Shown: in pieces, positions 7,911 through 10,485 of the stretch
How positions within the stretch are numbered: the stretch's first letter is position 1
Layout of the letters: each line of letters opens with the position of its first letter
Assembly: GCA_040902005.1 (NCBI GenBank)
Contig: JBBDYA010000132.1
Coordinates: 1 to 10,485, forward strand
From: Gemmatimonadaceae bacterium
GTDB lineage: Bacteria > Gemmatimonadota > Gemmatimonadetes > Gemmatimonadales > Gemmatimonadaceae
Reading direction: 5' to 3'
Length of the DNA: 10,485 nucleotides
Translations under genes and position numbers: made by a program
The notes under the pieces: model-generated
The model's input: the letters and a program-made list of their open reading frames with translations, nothing else
Databases searched by the model: none
What the model was told of the DNA's origin: nothing

Positions 7911-7966
7911 TGTCCAGGTAAGCTACTGCGCCGGAGTGGCCTTCCTCGTTCCTTGTCGCGCTCCGG

Positions 7967-8962
7967 TCAGGCAGCCGGTCGCTGCGCCCGCACGGGTGCG
8001 TGGGGTAGCGGATGCTCCCCCCCCCCCGTCGCTGGTCCTTCCCCACCGCGGCTGTGCGTCGTGGTGATGATGGCCACCCCCGCGAGGATCACTCCCGCCG
8101 CCACCAGCGTCCGCAACCCGATGGGTTCGCTCGCGAACGCCCATCCGAGCACGACGGCGATGATCGGATTCACGTACGCGTAAGTGGACGCCTTCGCCGC
8201 GCTGACCTGTCCCAGCAGATACACGTAGGCGGTGTACCCGATGATCGAGCCGCCGATCACGAGGTACACGAAACTCAGCGCGGACTTGAGCGTCACGTTT
8301 GCCAGCGAGAACGAGGCGCTCTCGCGAAACACGAGCGACGCCACCAGCATGGCGCCCGCCGCGGAAAGCATCTGGAGGGCGGAGAACACCAGCGGCGCTC
8401 CGGTCCGTCGCGAGCCGCGCACCAGAACGGTGCCCAATGCCCAGCCGAGCGAGCCGATGAGCAGCACCAGGGCGCCGACTTCGTCCACGTGCCCCTCGCC
8501 AATGATCGCGCGCGGCCCAATGAGAATCACCATGCCCACGAGTCCGAGCGCGAGCCCGAGGAACACCGTCATGCGTGGACGAACGCCTCGGGGACGCAGC
8601 CAATCCATCAATACGATCCAGATCGGCACGGTGGACACGATCAGCGCCACCACGCCGGACGGCACGGTGAGTTCCGCCCAGATCACGGCGCCGTTGCCGA
8701 CGCCCAGCATGAGGATTCCGGTGATCGCCGCACTTCTCCAGTCGCGCGCGTCGGGGCGTGGCGCGCCGCGCCAGCGCGCAATGGCATAGAGCAGCACGCC
8801 CGCGACCAGAAAGCGCGACGCGCCCATCATGAACGGCGGGATCGAGTCGATCGCGTACTTGATGAACAGGTACGTGGACCCCCAGATGAAATAGACGGCG
8901 GCGAACGCGAGCAGGATGCGCGTCTTGTTGCGCCTGACGATGTCCGAGGGGGGGGGGCTCAT
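7967..8962 (-). CDS. yedA: EamA/DMT family drug/metabolite exporter, YedA-like, 331 aa
   Basis: Start ATG 8962 overlaps the lrp stop (ATGA); about 10 hydrophobic segments in two EamA repeats; YFIWGSTYL, PPFMMGASRF, VPSGVVALI, YLVIGGSIIGYTAY, STYAYVNPIIAVVLG match the YedA subfamily pattern. Confidence 0.9.
   Translation of the reverse strand: MSPPPSDIVRRNKTRILLAFAAVYFIWGSTYLFIKYAIDSIPPFMMGASRFLVAGVLLYAIARWRGAPRPDARDWRSAAITGILMLGVGNGAVIWAELTVPSGVVALIVSTVPIWIVLMDWLRPRGVRPRMTVFLGLALGLVGMVILIGPRAIIGEGHVDEVGALVLLIGSLGWALGTVLVRGSRRTGAPLVFSALQMLSAAGAMLVASLVFRESASFSLANVTLKSALSFVYLVIGGSIIGYTAYVYLLGQVSAAKASTYAYVNPIIAVVLGWAFASEPIGLRTLVAAGVILAGVAIITTTHSRGGEGPATGGGEHPLPHAPVRAQRPAA
8017..8027. repeat. C11 homopolymer in the EamA C-terminal tail (encodes T-G-G-G-E)
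   Basis: Read directly. Confidence 0.8.
8948..8957. repeat. G10 homopolymer in EamA codons 2-5 (ATG AGC CCC CCC CCC)
   Basis: Read directly. Confidence 0.8.
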
Positions 8963-9438
8963 GCGAGCGTGATTCCTCGCGCCTCTTCGGGGATGGGGAA
9001 CTTTGCCGATTCCTTCAGGGTGCCGAGCACCACCGTGGTGCGCGTGGAGCGCACGCCGGGCATGCTCGTGAATTCGGACTTGAGCATCCGGCCCAGGTCC
9101 TCCGTGTCGGCGGCGCGCACCTTCACGAGATAGCAGTCCTCGCCCGCGATGTGGTGCACCTCGAGCACGTTGGGATGCTGCGCGAGACGATCCCCCGTGT
9201 CGCGCTCGCCTTCCTTGTCCAGCGCCGTGATGAAGATGAACGCGGTGAGTCCGAGCCCAAGCTTGCGCGCGTCCACCCGGCACTCGTATCCCACGATGAC
9301 CCCACGCTCCTCCAGCTTCCGCAGGCGTTCGAGCGTGGCGCTGGGCGCCATCCCCACCCGTCGCGCGATCTCCGCGTTTGGAAGGCGGGCATCCTGCTGG
9401 AGCAGGGAGAGAATTCGGCGGTCCATTTCATCAATCAT
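8959..9438 (-). CDS. Lrp/AsnC family transcriptional regulator, 159 aa
   Basis: Start at ATG 9438 (MIDEMDRRILSLLQQDARLPNAEIARRVGMAPSATLERLRKLEERGVIVGY, HTH) with a C-terminal RAM domain (EVHHIAGEDCYLVKV). The 11-codon GTG extension to 9471 lies in promoter-like DNA. Confidence 0.95.
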   Translation of the reverse strand: MIDEMDRRILSLLQQDARLPNAEIARRVGMAPSATLERLRKLEERGVIVGYECRVDARKLGLGLTAFIFITALDKEGERDTGDRLAQHPNVLEVHHIAGEDCYLVKVRAADTEDLGRMLKSEFTSMPGVRSTRTTVVLGTLKESAKFPIPEEARGITLA

Positions 9439-9445
9439 ACTGCAA

Positions 9446-9473
9446 AACGTAGCAAATGCAGAACAAAACACAA
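9446..9473 (-). promoter_or_regulatory. Candidate extended -10 leaderless promoter of lrp
   Basis: Minus strand TTGTGT (9473-9468), 16 nt ending in TGC, TACGTT (9451-9446), 7 nt, ATG 9438. This fits TGnTAnnnT; no SD is present and the segment is AT-rich. Confidence 0.6.
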
Positions 9474-9498
9474 GTAAACGCCTGTCTGACAGAACATT

Positions 9499-9538
9499 AC
9501 GCGGATGGACGCGGGGTAAATCCGCGTCCTATCCGCGT
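9499..9538. repeat. Nested inverted repeat (16-bp stem with one bulged base) in the lrp/ECF divergent spacer
   Basis: ACGCGGAT-GGACGCGG (9499-9514), GGTAAAT loop, CCGCGTCC-T-ATCCGCGT (9522-9538). Confidence 0.8.
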
Positions 9539-9540
9539 TT

Positions 9541-9570
9541 GTAAGCGGTTTTACTGCGGCCGGAGTCATA
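9541..9570 (+). promoter_or_regulatory. Candidate ECF-type autoregulatory promoter
   Basis: GTAAGCG (9541-9547), 17 nt, GTCATA (9565-9570), ending 10 nt before the sigma ATG; the layout resembles GGAACTT-N16-GTCAAA RpoE-type promoters. Confidence 0.4.
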
Positions 9571-9580
9571 CTTCCAATCA

Positions 9581-10165
9581 ATGACCGCGTCCCTGGAGCT
9601 CGTGCCCGACGACCCTGATGGCGAGCGCGCGCTCGTCCGGGCGGCGGTGTCCGGTGATGAGGCGGCCTTCGCGAAGCTGTACCGGGAGCATTCGGGGCGC
9701 GTGTTCGCGCTCTGTCTGCGCATGAGCGGATCGCGCGCGCGCGCGGTGGAGCTCACGCAGGACGTCTTCGTGCACCTGTGGCAGCGGCTGGCCACCTGGC
9801 GCGGCGAGTCCGCGCTCGCGAGCTGGATCCACCGGCTCACGGTGAATCTCGTGTTGAGCAACGTTCGCGGCGAGACCCGGCGTCAAAAATGGGAGATGAG
9901 TGACGGTGACGATGTGCCAGGCAACGCGCCCCACCCTCGCGCGGAGACTCGTATGGCAACGCGCCCGGCGTCCGTCGCCGAGGGCATCGACCTCGAGCGC
10001 GCCATTGCCGCGCTGCCGAACGGCGCGCGCACCGTGTTCGTGCTGCACGACGTGGAGGGGTACCAACACAATGAGATCGCCCGGATAACGGGGACTGCGG
10101 AAGGAACCTGCCGCGCGCAGCTGCACCGCGCGCGCAAGCTGCTGATGGAGGCGCTGGAGAAATGA
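9581..10165 (+). CDS. ECF-subfamily RNA polymerase sigma-70 factor, 194 aa
   Basis: Region 2 (GDEAAFAKLYREH...ELTQDVFVHLWQRLATWRGESALASWIHRLTVN) and region 4 (LERAIAALPNGARTVFVLHDVEGYQHNEIARITGTAEGTCRAQLHRARKLL); no region 3. Confidence 0.96.
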   Translation: MTASLELVPDDPDGERALVRAAVSGDEAAFAKLYREHSGRVFALCLRMSGSRARAVELTQDVFVHLWQRLATWRGESALASWIHRLTVNLVLSNVRGETRRQKWEMSDGDDVPGNAPHPRAETRMATRPASVAEGIDLERAIAALPNGARTVFVLHDVEGYQHNEIARITGTAEGTCRAQLHRARKLLMEALEK

Positions 10166-10485
10166 TTGAATTCACCGACCATCTCGACCTCGAAACGCTG
10201 AGTGCGCACGCGGACGGCGAGCTCAATGCCGTCGTCGCCGCCCGCGCCAAGCGCCACCTGGACGCGTGCGCCGCGTGCCGCGCGCAACTGGAGGGCGTCC
10301 GCCATCTGGTGGCTGCCGCGCACGACCTGCCGCGCTCGGCTGCGCCGCCGCCCGAGGTGTGGACGGAGATCCGTGCCCGTATCGCGCGTGAGCGCGCCGG
10401 CACGAGCGCCGGTACGCGCACCGCGCATTGGTGGCACAACGGCTGGCTCGCCGCCGCCGCGGCGCTCGTCCTGGTCGCGGGCACC
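10162..10485 (+). CDS. Zinc-binding anti-sigma factor (ZAS/zf-HC2), membrane-anchored; 3' end truncated by the window
   Basis: Own translation from ATG 10162 (ATGA overlap with the sigma stop, GGAG upstream): MIEFTDHLDLETLSAHADGELNAVVAARAKRHLDACAACRAQLEGVRHLVAAAHDLPRSAAPPPEVWTEIRARI...WLAAAAALVLVAGT. His7 plus HxxxCxxC (H32, C36, C39); a TM helix begins at the window end; no stop in 108 codons. Confidence 0.92.
   Translation, partial: MIEFTDHLDLETLSAHADGELNAVVAARAKRHLDACAACRAQLEGVRHLVAAAHDLPRSAAPPPEVWTEIRARIARERAGTSAGTRTAHWWHNGWLAAAAALVLVAGT

Noticed and set aside
7931..7966. CCGGAG...CTCCGG inverted repeat after the EamA stop as a terminator
   Set aside because: Only 6 perfect base pairs around a 24-nt loop and no U-tract; expected by chance at this GC content.
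8963..9283. N-terminal extension of EamA to 438 aa
   Set aside because: It is an off-frame reading of lrp; the ATGA-coupled start at 8962 fits the family length.
9837..10484. - strand ORFs of 215 and 184 aa
   Set aside because: Antisense to the sigma and anti-sigma genes, which carry clear family motifs.

Overview
High-GC bacterial DNA with ten densely packed genes; gene content and style resemble Gemmatimonadota/Acidobacteriota (inference only). The + strand starts with an exported monoheme cytochrome c coupled (ATGA overlap) to an exported PQQ-dependent dehydrogenase of the glucose/quinate/shikimate type. These converge on a - strand run: Lrp/AsnC regulator, YedA-like EamA transporter, cardiolipin synthase, secreted PAL-like NHL beta-propeller, 2Fe-2S subunit (IorA-like) and Tat-exported molybdopterin subunit (IorB-like). 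Divergent from lrp are an ECF sigma factor and a ZAS (zf-HC2) anti-sigma factor that runs off the window and is absent from the ORF track. Points worth a second look: a possible periplasmic oxidation module, altered catalytic/metal residues in the PAL-like protein, a perfect 12-bp palindrome built into the iorB stop region, a nested 16-bp hairpin and phased Lrp-like sites in the divergent spacer, probable leaderless promoters, and four G/C homopolymer tracts. I found no RNA genes, mobile elements or CRISPR arrays. I cannot establish novelty without database searches.
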